Origin: a virus
IMG/VR virus record: IMGVR_UViG_3300024346_000009
DNA: 64,000 nt
Direction: 5' to 3' (one strand)
The notes below the pieces were generated by a model. It saw nothing but the letters and a program-made list of their open reading frames with translations. It searched no databases and was not told where the DNA came from. Made by a program: the position numbers and the translations under genes. How positions within the stretch are numbered: position 1 is the first letter of the stretch; every line of letters starts with the position of its first letter. Shown here one piece after another: positions 19,300 through 29,401 of the stretch.

Positions 19300-20217
19300 A
19301 TGAGTGGTTCCATTCTAGCAGCGGTAAGCAATCACAGAAGTTTTACTCTACCCTCTGTTGCGCCTTCTGCTGTAAATTACCTTGTAGTGGCTGGAGGAGG
19401 CGGTGGTGGCGCACATGATGGCGGAGGTGCCGGCGCTGGCGGATTTAGGTCTGGAAATTCTTTTGCTATTAGCGGCTCTTTTAATGTGACTATTGGTGCT
19501 GGCGGAACAGGATCACCCTCAGGTGGTGCAACGGCTGGAACAAATGGTTCTAACTCTGTAATGAGTACTATAACTTCTGCTGGCGGTGGATATGGCGGTT
19601 GTGGTTATTCTGGTGGAAATCACATCCCGGCTAATTCAGGTGGTTCAGGCGGAGGTGGTACATCTTTAATTGGTGGCACTTCTTATGGCGGTGCTGGAAA
19701 TACACCTGCAACATCACCAAGCCAAGGAAATAATGGTGCTGATTGCACCACAGCGGCAGATTATCCCGCTTCAGGCGGAGGCGGCGCAGGCGCAGTTGGC
19801 AACCCAAATGTTGGGGGTGCAGTTGCTGGTGCTGGTGGTGCTGGAGCGGCTAACCCAATTACAGGTTCAACAACTGGCCAGTTAAGTGGCGGAATTTACT
19901 ATTTAGCTGGTGGCGGTGGTGGCGATAAGCCTCCAACTTGCACAGGTGGTGCCGGTGGACTTGGCGGTGGCGGTGCTGGTGCAACTACTTTTTCTGAACC
20001 AGGCGTAGCTGGAACTACTAATACAGGTGGTGGCGGGGGAGGCTCTCAAAACTTAGCAGTCGCTGGCGCTGGCGGCTCTGGTGTTGTGATTATTTCCTAT
20101 TCATCAACATTTTCTGACTTTACATCTATTGGTGCAGGATTAACTTATGCAAAAACTACTGCGAGTGGAAATACAATCTATACATTTACTGCCGGTACCG
20201 GTAGTATTTCTTTGTAA
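19300..20217 (+). CDS. Glycine-rich adhesin-like protein A
   Basis: VNYLVVAGGGGG...GGSGVVIISY polyglycine domain. Confidence 0.7.
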   Translation: MSGSILAAVSNHRSFTLPSVAPSAVNYLVVAGGGGGGAHDGGGAGAGGFRSGNSFAISGSFNVTIGAGGTGSPSGGATAGTNGSNSVMSTITSAGGGYGGCGYSGGNHIPANSGGSGGGGTSLIGGTSYGGAGNTPATSPSQGNNGADCTTAADYPASGGGGAGAVGNPNVGGAVAGAGGAGAANPITGSTTGQLSGGIYYLAGGGGGDKPPTCTGGAGGLGGGGAGATTFSEPGVAGTTNTGGGGGGSQNLAVAGAGGSGVVIISYSSTFSDFTSIGAGLTYAKTTASGNTIYTFTAGTGSISL

Positions 20218-20226
20218 GGGATTAAT

Positions 20227-21054
20227 ATGAGTGGATCAATTTTAGCAGCGGTAAGCAATCACAGAAGCTTTGCTTTGCCTTTTAATGTTGACTACCTTGT
20301 AGTCGCCGGAGGCGGTGGTGGTTCAGGAGGCGGGGGCGGGGCAGGTGGTATGTTAACCGGTACTACAGTACTAGCCGGTTCTTACACTGTCACGGTAGGT
20401 GCTGGTGGAAATCTAGGCGGGCAAACCAGCGCAAGTGCTAGCCCTGGAACAAACTCTTTAATAACCGGGTTTACTGCAATAGGTGGGGGATATGGTGGGG
20501 GTGCATACGCTGTAACTAACGGTGGTAACGGTGGTTCAGGTGGTGGTGGGTCTATTGGATCACAATCAGCTGCAGCGGTTGCAACTGGTGGGACGGCTAC
20601 GGCTGGCCAAGGTAATGCTGGTGGTGTAGCAACTAATACTGGTGTTTACCAAGGTTGGATTGCAGCAGGCGGTGGTGGTGCTGGTGCAGTAGGGGCCAGT
20701 GCAACAAATCGTGATACAGGGAACGACGCTCCTTATGGAGCCTTAGGTGGTGCAGGGGCTGCATCGAGTATTACAGGTTCTGCTGTGACATATGCAGCTG
20801 GTGGTCAAGCTTATTATTCAAGTACAGTTAGCGCAGATGGCACCGCAAACAGAGGAAATGGTGGTGGGGGTGCTAGGGGTCAAAACGCTGGAAGTAACGG
20901 ATGGAATGGTGGATCTGGTATTGTTGTTCTTTCTTATCCGTCATCATTTGCCGACCTTACATCAATTGGTGCTGGTTTAACTTACACCAAAACCACATCG
21001 GGCGGTAATACAATTTACACATTTACTGCTGGCACTGGCACAGTAGCTGTTTAA
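20227..21054 (+). CDS. Glycine-rich adhesin-like protein B
   Basis: Same N- and C-terminal shell as protein A, divergent core. Confidence 0.7.
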   Translation: MSGSILAAVSNHRSFALPFNVDYLVVAGGGGGSGGGGGAGGMLTGTTVLAGSYTVTVGAGGNLGGQTSASASPGTNSLITGFTAIGGGYGGGAYAVTNGGNGGSGGGGSIGSQSAAAVATGGTATAGQGNAGGVATNTGVYQGWIAAGGGGAGAVGASATNRDTGNDAPYGALGGAGAASSITGSAVTYAAGGQAYYSSTVSADGTANRGNGGGGARGQNAGSNGWNGGSGIVVLSYPSSFADLTSIGAGLTYTKTTSGGNTIYTFTAGTGTVAV

Positions 21055-21071
21055 TTAATTAAAGGAATATC

Positions 21072-21446
21072 ATGGCACATTACGCATTTTTAGATTCAAA
21101 TAACATTGTTACTGAAGTTATAGTAGGTAAGGATGAGGGTGAGGGCGGTATTGATTGGGAGCAGTACTACGGTGATTTCCGCGGTCAAACTTGCAAACGT
21201 ACAAGTTATAATACCTATGGGGGTGTTCATTTAAATGGTGGTACACCATACCGTAAAAACTATGCAGGTATTGGTTTTACCTATGACTCAGAACGTGATG
21301 CATTTATTCCTCCTAAACCATTTGCAAGTTGGTCGTTAAGTAACACAACTGGTTTATGGGAATCACCAGTTCCACACCCCTTAGATGATGACTTCTATGT
21401 GTGGGATGAAGCTACGCTCCAATGGAATCAAGTTGTTACAGCTTAA
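21072..21446 (+). CDS. Conserved partner of Gly-rich adhesins (fibre assembly-type)
   Basis: MAHYA.LD.NNIV..VIVG, RTSYN, RKNYAGIG..YD..RDAFI.PKP..SW, YVWDE. Confidence 0.6.
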   Translation: MAHYAFLDSNNIVTEVIVGKDEGEGGIDWEQYYGDFRGQTCKRTSYNTYGGVHLNGGTPYRKNYAGIGFTYDSERDAFIPPKPFASWSLSNTTGLWESPVPHPLDDDFYVWDEATLQWNQVVTA

Positions 21447-21473
21447 TCATAATTAATATAATTTCTATATAAT

Positions 21474-21848
21474 ATGAAGACTTTTGAATTAGGTTATTTT
21501 GGAAACATTTGGGTCAAGCAAAACGTTTTTGACCATGCTGGTGAAGTTCATGAGGGGCATTTTCATAAATTTGACCACGTGACCCTGCTAGTATCTGGTA
21601 AGGTTAGTGTTCAAATTAAAGATAATCCTATTAAAGAATTTACAGCTCCAACGTTTATTGTGATTCGTAAAGAACACCAACACCAGTTTACTGCACTTGA
21701 AGAAAACACCATATATTACTGTGTTTATGCGCTGCGGGATATAGATGGTAATGTAATGGAGATATTTGGTGATGAACATGATCCTGAGTTTGCAAGTACC
21801 AGACGTAAGGATTACTGGGTCCACGGGCTCAGAGCACCTCAGGGTTAA
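21474..21848 (+). CDS. Cupin-fold protein
   Basis: H.H.FDHVTLL..G.V.V, AP.FI.I....H.F.ALE. Confidence 0.72.
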   Translation: MKTFELGYFGNIWVKQNVFDHAGEVHEGHFHKFDHVTLLVSGKVSVQIKDNPIKEFTAPTFIVIRKEHQHQFTALEENTIYYCVYALRDIDGNVMEIFGDEHDPEFASTRRKDYWVHGLRAPQG

Positions 21849-21888
21849 TTTAAAGAATAAAAATTTTAATTCTTTTTTAATAAATTAC

Positions 21889-21910
21889 AAAGGACCTACA
21901 GGGTCCTTTT
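21889..21910. terminator. Intrinsic terminator-like hairpin
   Basis: AAAGGACC-TACAG-GGTCCTTT(T), intergenic, just before a late promoter. Confidence 0.6.
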
Positions 21911-21912
21911 CC

Positions 21913-21920
21913 TATAAATA
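21913..21920 (+). promoter_or_regulatory. T4-type late promoter
   Basis: Intergenic TATAAATA. Confidence 0.8.
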
Positions 21921-21942
21921 ATACCGTAAATAAGGGTGTTAC

Positions 21943-22278
21943 ATGGCCGGTATATCAAATCTAACAATAGATCAAGGTGCAACGTATTCAGTTAATATAA
22001 CTGTAAACGATGATACCGGGACGGCGAGAAACTTAGCCGGATATACTGCTCGTTCCCAAATGAGAAGATCGTATTACACATCAGCCAACACTGCTTTGAC
22101 TGTGACCATTACAAGCCCCTCTACCGGTGAAATATCTCTTACCCTAACTGCCGCTCAAACTGCAAACGTTAGGGCAGGTCGTTATGTTTATGATTTAGAA
22201 CTTGTTAATGCAAATGCTGCAACAGTGGAGAGGGTAGTGGAGGGTATTATAACCGTATATCCTGAAGTAACAAAATAA
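21943..22278 (+). CDS. Ig-like virion adaptor protein (BppU-N-like)
   Basis: NL.IDQGAT, L.GYT..SQMR.SY, GRYVYDLE, RVVEG..TV.PEVT. Confidence 0.62.
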   Translation: MAGISNLTIDQGATYSVNITVNDDTGTARNLAGYTARSQMRRSYYTSANTALTVTITSPSTGEISLTLTAAQTANVRAGRYVYDLELVNANAATVERVVEGIITVYPEVTK

Positions 22279-22577
22279 TGGCTGTTTCAGTACAATCATC
22301 TACCAGTACATCGGTTACAATTCAACCCACAGCGGGTAGTGTACCAATTACAGTTACATCACCTAATAATTCATCTATTGCAATTAATCAGGGTGGGGCA
22401 TCTCCTGCAGGTGTAATAGTTAGAAAATCAACAGGTGGTACTTTGAATTCACTTGGTGACGTAGTCACCGCTGCCATTGAAGATGGTTATATTATAGTAT
22501 ATGACTCTGAGACTAATAAATGGGTATCGCAATCTGTAGCATCAGCTATAACGTCAGTAGACGGCGGATACTACTAG
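22278..22577 (+). CDS. Short fibre linker protein
   Basis: L..LGDV....DG..IVYD....KW module; ends DGGYY. Confidence 0.55.
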   Translation: MAVSVQSSTSTSVTIQPTAGSVPITVTSPNNSSIAINQGGASPAGVIVRKSTGGTLNSLGDVVTAAIEDGYIIVYDSETNKWVSQSVASAITSVDGGYY

Positions 22578-22594
22578 AATAATAAAGGAATAAA

Positions 22595-25500
22595 ATGGCC
22601 GGTACAATTATCCAGATAAAGCGGACAGCTAATATAACTGCTCCGACGATTACGGACTTAGAGGAGGCGGAACTTGCGTATGCACAAGACGTATCAAATT
22701 CAGGTGCAAACGCTATACTGTACATTGAGTCCCTTGATAGTGGCTCAAACCCTGTAATTCATAAGGTCGGTGGTAAATACTACACCGATATTGTAGACCG
22801 TGCTAACAATGTAAGTGTTGTAAATACCCTGGTAAAGAGAGATGCATCAGGTAATTTCTTTGCAGGTAATATTTCTGCAGCTCTCTTTGGGCAAGCTAAC
22901 TCCGCTGTAATTGCAAATACAGCTAATGCCTTAACTACTGCAAGAGATATCGGGCTTGCTGGCGATTTAACTGGTAATGTGTCTTTCGATGGATCCGGTA
23001 ATGTAACGTTAACAGCAACGATTGCAGCCAACTCAGTAGCGCTAGGTGCTGATACTACTGGTAGTTATGTTGGTAATGTATTAGCTGGTACAGGACTAGT
23101 AATTATTGGAGACACCTTTACTGTAACTAACAGTGGGTCAAGCGCATACACGATTAACAGTTCAAGTAATCCTGCTCTTACCCTCTATCGTGGATTTACA
23201 TATACATTTAATGTCTCGGCTTCAGGTCATCCGTTCTGGATTCAAAGTGTATCAGGAGCATACAGTTCAGGTAACTTATACAGCACAGGCGTAACGAACA
23301 ACGGTACTCAAAATGGTACTATTACTTTTGTAGTACCTGCTAATGCACCTGCTACATTATACTATGTCTGTCAGTACCACAGTGGTATGGCAGGTACAAT
23401 TAACGTTCTTACATCCAGTGAGAATGCAAATATAACCCTTGCTCTTGGAGCCTCAGGTGTTACAGCTGCTACATACGGTAGCTCAACTCAAGTCCCCGTA
23501 GTTACAGTTGATCAATACGGTAGAGTTACCTCTGTATCAAATGTTAATATTGGAGCTGCAGCGAATGTCTCTTCATTCACAGCTACAGGTAATTCTTTTA
23601 CAATCGGTACTTATGATGGTGGTTCTTTTACCGCCAATTTACAGTTAGACTCTATTAGACTAGGAACTGATACAACAGGCGCATATGTAGGTAATCTGAT
23701 AGCAGGTACAGGCATTACGATAACTGGTTTAGGTAATGAAGGTACAACACCTACTATTAATAATAATGGCGTACTAACAGTTGGTGGTGTGTCAGGTACT
23801 GTATCTAATGCTCAATTAGTCACTAGTGTTTTAGCAAGCGGGATTAATACAAACAACGTTGCTGAAGGCGCAAACTTATACTATACGGATGCACGGGTTT
23901 ATTCTGCTGTTACAGGCAACTTGGCACTAAAAGCAAATACTGCTGATTTAACAACCGCCAATGTAGTTGAGTTAACTAACCAATACTTTACAAATGCTAG
24001 AGCTGTTACTGCGGTTACAGATAGTTTAGCAGTAAAAGCAAATATTGCTGATCTAACGACTGCCAATGTTGCTGAAGGTACAAATCTCTACTTTACCAAT
24101 GCCCGTACATATTCTAATGTAATAACTACCCTTACAACTTCAAATGTAGCAATTGGAACAGCCGGTGGTAATACTACTGTTACAGGTGAATTAACTGTAG
24201 CAGGTAACATAACAGTTAATAATCTTTCTGTACTTGGTACTCAGACGATAATTAATTCAAATACTATCAGCATCAACAATGCTTTTGTATTTGAAGGTAC
24301 AACCGATAATAACTTTGAGACAACGCTTACTGTAGCAGATCCAACAGCGGATAGAACTATCACTTTACCAGATGCATCCGGTACCCTCGCACTTACCAGT
24401 AGCAGTTTAAGTGATTTTGGTTCAACAAATTCATTACAACTATCTCAAGTCATTACAGATGAAACTGGTACAGGTAACCTTGTATTTTCAACATCTCCTG
24501 TACTTGTTACACCAAATCTAGGTGTACCGTCTGCTATCACTCTAACGAATGCAACAGGTTTACCACTTGCAGGTATAAGCAACCTAGGTGCAAATCAAGC
24601 CACCTTACTTGCATCTAACGCAATAACAGGTATTACAGCAGGTGTTTATGGTAATACCACAAGTATTCCTTCTATTACTGTTGACCAATACGGTCGGGTT
24701 ACATCAATAACCAGTAATACTGTATCTGCGGCCTCCGTATCTGCTTTTACTCGTAGTGGTAATACGTTTACAATAACAGCAAGCGGGGTAGATTACTCCG
24801 CTAATATTGCTGGTTCAGATATCCCTGTTGGTACTGCCACCCTGGGTAACCTAATTAGTAATGCAGTAACACTTACGGTTGGTTCGACAATGGCCAACAG
24901 TATTGCACAATTAAATCAAGTACTAGGTAAACTGGTACCTGCTTCACCTCCTGCATTCCCAAGTAGTGCAACTTTAACAATGAGTTCTTCTACTACTTCA
25001 AGTAGAATGGCTGGTGGGTTTACCCAGTTCTATAATTCATCAGCTAATACCTCGGTTGCACCTGGTACAACAATTGCTGCTAGAAGAGCAGCCGCCTACG
25101 TAACATCTACTGTGGGTGATTCAGGTCCTGGTGATAGTGGTACATTAACATTGTATTTGAATGATGTATCTGCAGGTTCAAGAGCATTTACTTCCGGTAG
25201 TGATAATGGAACGTATGGTGCTAATTTAGTTATTGCCGACAACGTAGACTACGCAACCAAGACAGGAGCTGCAGCAGGGTTCTGGGAAAGTTTTGATGCT
25301 AATGGATCTGGTGTTGCTAAAACTGGTTGGAATAGTGTTTACATTACCCACTCCGGTGCAGGTACTACGAGTACCTTAACCTGGTACTACGATGATAGCA
25401 ACCCCGCTGCTCCAACGTTTACTAATAAAACGTTTACAGAAACCTCTAATGTTCAGATTTATTCCAGTACTGTTCCACATTACACAAGCGCAACTCAATT

Positions 25501-26434
25501 CACCTTAGCCGCAAATGTAAACAACTTAAGTGGAAATACATATCCAACCTCTGACACGTTTATTACAAGTTCAGCAGGGGGTGCCTTCCAAGCACCCACA
25601 ACACTCACATATTCTGCTGCAGGTGTTACTACACCTCTGACGCAGAACTTGTATGTTGGTTCAGGTGATGTTGCAATTTCTACAACTGCTCTTATTACGA
25701 CAGGTTTTGGTTCATCGGCAGGTGGTCCATCTCTTGCAAGTACCAATGGGTATAATGCAAGTGGAAGTCAGTCATTCATAGTATCTGGTACACCAACGAT
25801 ATTGTATAAGACGGGTACAGCTGGTACAATGGAAGAGACAACTCTTACCTTTGGATCAGCGGTAGGTGTAGGATCAGGGTTAGCAGCACGCATTATTAAT
25901 CCTGGTTCAACAGATAACCCATCGTTCTCAGCAAGTGCAGCTGTATTTAACAGCCAGTCAAGTACACTACAAGTATACGATGCCACTATTGTTGCGGGCA
26001 CCTTAAAGCACGATGTTACAAATTACGCAACCGGGTATATTCCAGTTGGTCCTAACCTCAGTTCAGGTAGATCAGGGGATCAATACTTTACGTTTAAATT
26101 TGTAAGAACATCACTATCCAAATTTGATATTCAATTTACTGGTACAATTGCTGGGTTATGGGTTGCAGTACCAGGTAGTTCGATAGACTCAGCTGCATCA
26201 GCCACAAATGGATGGGTGAGTATGGCAACAGCATTCGTAGCAGGTGTTCCATCTGTTGGCTGTGCAACTGGTGGTACTGTAACGTTAAATTCTGCAGTTA
26301 CAAATCATAGAAAGACTTGTACATTCGGAACTGTTTCAAGTTCTGATACTGCAACTAATGAAGTTTATATAAGAATAAAACTTACGAGCGGTCAGTCAGT
26401 ATCGGCTCTAACCCTACAAACATCGAGTAATTAA
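22595..26434 (+). CDS. Long tail fibre-like protein with inserted cupredoxin-like domain
   Basis: IQIKR N-domain, FDGSGNV and NLY(Y/F)T(N/D)AR repeats, FEG..D..ET.L...DPT.DRTITLPD module, HPF...YVCQYHSGM. Confidence 0.72.
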   Translation: MAGTIIQIKRTANITAPTITDLEEAELAYAQDVSNSGANAILYIESLDSGSNPVIHKVGGKYYTDIVDRANNVSVVNTLVKRDASGNFFAGNISAALFGQANSAVIANTANALTTARDIGLAGDLTGNVSFDGSGNVTLTATIAANSVALGADTTGSYVGNVLAGTGLVIIGDTFTVTNSGSSAYTINSSSNPALTLYRGFTYTFNVSASGHPFWIQSVSGAYSSGNLYSTGVTNNGTQNGTITFVVPANAPATLYYVCQYHSGMAGTINVLTSSENANITLALGASGVTAATYGSSTQVPVVTVDQYGRVTSVSNVNIGAAANVSSFTATGNSFTIGTYDGGSFTANLQLDSIRLGTDTTGAYVGNLIAGTGITITGLGNEGTTPTINNNGVLTVGGVSGTVSNAQLVTSVLASGINTNNVAEGANLYYTDARVYSAVTGNLALKANTADLTTANVVELTNQYFTNARAVTAVTDSLAVKANIADLTTANVAEGTNLYFTNARTYSNVITTLTTSNVAIGTAGGNTTVTGELTVAGNITVNNLSVLGTQTIINSNTISINNAFVFEGTTDNNFETTLTVADPTADRTITLPDASGTLALTSSSLSDFGSTNSLQLSQVITDETGTGNLVFSTSPVLVTPNLGVPSAITLTNATGLPLAGISNLGANQATLLASNAITGITAGVYGNTTSIPSITVDQYGRVTSITSNTVSAASVSAFTRSGNTFTITASGVDYSANIAGSDIPVGTATLGNLISNAVTLTVGSTMANSIAQLNQVLGKLVPASPPAFPSSATLTMSSSTTSSRMAGGFTQFYNSSANTSVAPGTTIAARRAAAYVTSTVGDSGPGDSGTLTLYLNDVSAGSRAFTSGSDNGTYGANLVIADNVDYATKTGAAAGFWESFDANGSGVAKTGWNSVYITHSGAGTTSTLTWYYDDSNPAAPTFTNKTFTETSNVQIYSSTVPHYTSATQFTLAANVNNLSGNTYPTSDTFITSSAGGAFQAPTTLTYSAAGVTTPLTQNLYVGSGDVAISTTALITTGFGSSAGGPSLASTNGYNASGSQSFIVSGTPTILYKTGTAGTMEETTLTFGSAVGVGSGLAARIINPGSTDNPSFSASAAVFNSQSSTLQVYDATIVAGTLKHDVTNYATGYIPVGPNLSSGRSGDQYFTFKFVRTSLSKFDIQFTGTIAGLWVAVPGSSIDSAASATNGWVSMATAFVAGVPSVGCATGGTVTLNSAVTNHRKTCTFGTVSSSDTATNEVYIRIKLTSGQSVSALTLQTSSN

Positions 26435-27997
26435 ATGGCAGTTTCAGATACACAAAAAGTTGACTTACTTTATAAAAAGTTATTTGGTGTAGCTAAGACC
26501 GAGCTTGCTACTAATAAGAGTGCCAGCGGGGAACCTAATGCTAGCCCCCTGATCCTTAGGGGGGACACAGTTTGGGCTCAGTCAGACAATATCCCAGGTA
26601 CTGCAGCAGCAGTAACGGATATTGTACAAGCATATCTAACTACATCAAGAATTGAATGTACGGCAGACACATCTTCAACTCCTATTGGTGGTGTATACCC
26701 AACCTGGAAGACCAATTTAACTGATTGGATTCCTCCTGAATTTGGCTCTACCTATTTTATATCGGTATACGCTGATACCACTGGTACAGCTAACCCCACA
26801 ACTACTACACCCCTATCCGATTCGGGTATAGGAGGAGTTGGTGAGTGGTATTTTGATTATTCAGCAGGTATCTTAAACTTTATTGGTGGTACAATACCGG
26901 CTACCCTAACGGGTGCAAAAAAGTTGTTTATAACTGGGTATCGATATATTGGCTTAAAGGGATTATCAACTACACTTTTTGGACACTCATCAACAGCCAA
27001 CGTAGCTCTACTTGCCAACGTTGCTAACGTTGCACTTATTGCTAACGTTGCAACTATTGCCAACGTTGCCGTATTAGCTAACGTAGCCCTTATTGCTAAC
27101 GTTGCAACTATTGCAAACGTAGCCGTACTAGCCAATGTGGCCACTATTGCCAATGTAGCGGTAACCGCAAATGCACTAACCGTAGCTAGAACCATCACGT
27201 TAGGTGGGGATGTATCTGGTAGTGTAGAGTTTGATGGGTCAAGTAATGTAACATTAACGGCAACGATAGCGGCAGACTCTGTTGCACTTGGCACTGATAC
27301 TACTGGGGACTATGTTAGTACTATTACCTCAGGGACAGGAATTGGAGTTGCATCAGGTACGGGTGAGGGTTCAGCTCCCACCATTACCAACACAGGTGTA
27401 GTTTCTCTAACGGGTTCAGCAAATCAAGTATCTGTAAATACCAGTAATGGAAGTGTTACAGTAGGTCTACCAAACGATGTAATTGTAAACAATAATCTTA
27501 CTGTTGAAGGTAATCTTTTTGTTAGAGGCACAGCGGTTACCTTAAGCACAGCAGCTGTAACCATTAATGATTCGCTGGTAAGATTTGGTAATGCTAATCC
27601 TGCCAACTCACTTGATATAGGTTTTTATGGTGAGTTTGTTTCAGGCGCAACTACAAAATATACAGGTCTGTACAGAGATCATGACGATGGTAAATACAGA
27701 CTCTTTAGAGATTCTACTGTCAACCCTACAGGCAACACAGTCAGTACAGCTGATTCAGGATATACAATTGCATCACTTGTAGCTAATTTAACAGGTGGTA
27801 CTGTATCGGGTCTAACAGCTAACATTAATGTCGGTGATGGTGGTACGGGCCGTGGGACATTTACCTCAAATGGTATTCTTTATGGTAATGCAACCGGTGC
27901 ATTAAATGTAACAGCTGCAGGAACGTTCGGACAAGTTCTCTCCGTTGATACAAACGGCCTGCCGGTTTTTGGGCGTCTGGATTGCGGTACGTTCTAA
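26435..27997 (+). CDS. Fibre-like protein with ANVAxx hexapeptide shaft
   Basis: QKVD.LYKK N-domain, WYFDY.AG.L.F, ANVA repeats, DIGFYG, ends LDCGTF. Confidence 0.65.
   Translation: MAVSDTQKVDLLYKKLFGVAKTELATNKSASGEPNASPLILRGDTVWAQSDNIPGTAAAVTDIVQAYLTTSRIECTADTSSTPIGGVYPTWKTNLTDWIPPEFGSTYFISVYADTTGTANPTTTTPLSDSGIGGVGEWYFDYSAGILNFIGGTIPATLTGAKKLFITGYRYIGLKGLSTTLFGHSSTANVALLANVANVALIANVATIANVAVLANVALIANVATIANVAVLANVATIANVAVTANALTVARTITLGGDVSGSVEFDGSSNVTLTATIAADSVALGTDTTGDYVSTITSGTGIGVASGTGEGSAPTITNTGVVSLTGSANQVSVNTSNGSVTVGLPNDVIVNNNLTVEGNLFVRGTAVTLSTAAVTINDSLVRFGNANPANSLDIGFYGEFVSGATTKYTGLYRDHDDGKYRLFRDSTVNPTGNTVSTADSGYTIASLVANLTGGTVSGLTANINVGDGGTGRGTFTSNGILYGNATGALNVTAAGTFGQVLSVDTNGLPVFGRLDCGTF
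26993..27178 (+). repeat. ANVA(xx) peptide repeat, about 10 copies
   Basis: ANVALLANVANVALIANVATIANVAVL...; synonymous codons vary between copies. Confidence 0.88.
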
Positions 27998-28004
27998 AAA
28001 CGTG

Positions 28005-28012
28005 TATAAATA
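28005..28012 (+). promoter_or_regulatory. T4-type late promoter
   Basis: Intergenic TATAAATA. Confidence 0.78.
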
Positions 28013-28042
28013 TGTGATAGTACTATTCTTTATGAGGTAATT

Positions 28043-28387
28043 ATGGACGAAGAGCAGAAGCAATTTTTTAATGTCATTATTGAAAAAACTAATCAGAGAT
28101 TAAACTCCCTACAGGCACAGGTCATTGTACTTGAGTCTCAATTGCAAATGGCTGTTGATGAGAGGGATGCGTATAAGAAGTATGTAGAGGGTGTACCTCA
28201 ACAAAAAGCAGTATCTTTAGAAGCCCAGAATACAATATTAGATCTAGAGAAAAAATATAATGCAGTATTACAAGATAACGCAATACTACAGCAAAGGGCA
28301 CGGTCAGCAGGTACTCAAGAACAAAATGAAACCTTAGCACATGAGGTTAGGAGACTTCAGGGTATAGTTGACAAGATGTCAAAATAA
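28043..28387 (+). CDS. Coiled-coil protein, possible fibre chaperone
   Basis: Q/E/L-rich heptad pattern; SD GAGG; own late promoter. Confidence 0.5.
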   Translation: MDEEQKQFFNVIIEKTNQRLNSLQAQVIVLESQLQMAVDERDAYKKYVEGVPQQKAVSLEAQNTILDLEKKYNAVLQDNAILQQRARSAGTQEQNETLAHEVRRLQGIVDKMSK

Positions 28388-28394
28388 ATAAAAG

Positions 28395-28760
28395 ATGTCA
28401 ACTGAAATACAATTAAAACGGTCCTCCACGCCTGGTCAAATCCCGGCTACGGCTAATGTTTTGGTTGGAGAACCACTGGTTAATCTTGCAGATAAGATAT
28501 TATATACTAAGGATAGTAGCAATAATATTATTGTTGTTGGCTCTGGTACAACCAGTAATATTTCAGAAGGCACAAACTTATATTTTACACAAGGACGCGC
28601 CCGAGCAGCTTTTCAAGCGGGTACAAACATCACAATTGCTGATGGTGTTATATCTTCTACCGCAACTGGAAATAATAATAATTTTGAATTTGATTACGGC
28701 TTTATTTACGATGCTACACTTTCATATGTTATTTCCCCAATCGATTACGGGTCAGTTTAA
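28395..28760 (+). CDS. Short fibre linker
   Basis: IQLKRS..PG..P...GE..VN.AD.ILY N-domain, NLYFT..R repeat, DYG C-terminal motifs. Confidence 0.6.
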   Translation: MSTEIQLKRSSTPGQIPATANVLVGEPLVNLADKILYTKDSSNNIIVVGSGTTSNISEGTNLYFTQGRARAAFQAGTNITIADGVISSTATGNNNNFEFDYGFIYDATLSYVISPIDYGSV

Positions 28761-29338
28761 TGGCAATCCAAACCCAGTTTAGAAGAGGTAATACATACTC
28801 ACATAGTTTATTTACCGGTGCATCCGGTGAAATAACTGTAGACTTGGATAAAAAGGTTGCTGTCATTCATGACGGTGCACAGGTCGGTGGCTTTCCGCTG
28901 GCCTTAGCCTCCTACACAGGCTCAGCATTTGCTCAAGCTAATACAGCATTAACAATCGCTGGGTTAGCATTTACAGCTGCAAACGTTGCGGGTGCCTATA
29001 CTGTGACAGGCGTACAGGGTAATGTCACAAATGCTCAAATATCAGCAGGGGTAACATCATCAGGGTTACTTACAACTGCTAATGTAGCTGAGATAACGAA
29101 TCTCTACTTTACAAATACAAGATCCAGATCTGCTATTTCTATGGCAATCGGTAATGTATATGGTAAGGGGGAGTATGATAATACTACAGGGGTAATTTCA
29201 ATACTAGCCGCAAATGTAACTGTAGCAAATATAGCACCTTTAAATCCATATATCGGAGATAAGTGGATTGAAGCAGGAAATGCTGTTGCATATCTTTACT
29301 TTAATGACGGTAGTAGTTTTCAGTGGGTCGAGATCTAG
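28760..29338 (+). CDS. Short fibre linker with Mtd-N-like domain
   Basis: QFRRG.T..H..FTGA.GE.TVD.DK....HDG...GG.PLA. Confidence 0.65.
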   Translation: MAIQTQFRRGNTYSHSLFTGASGEITVDLDKKVAVIHDGAQVGGFPLALASYTGSAFAQANTALTIAGLAFTAANVAGAYTVTGVQGNVTNAQISAGVTSSGLLTTANVAEITNLYFTNTRSRSAISMAIGNVYGKGEYDNTTGVISILAANVTVANIAPLNPYIGDKWIEAGNAVAYLYFNDGSSFQWVEI

Positions 29339-29353
29339 CTAGACACATTATCT

Positions 29354-29361
29354 TATAAATA
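29354..29361 (+). promoter_or_regulatory. T4-type late promoter
   Basis: Intergenic TATAAATA. Confidence 0.78.
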
Positions 29362-29401
29362 ATAGCAAGCAGCACCTAAAATAATTAATTAAGGAATAAT
29401 A

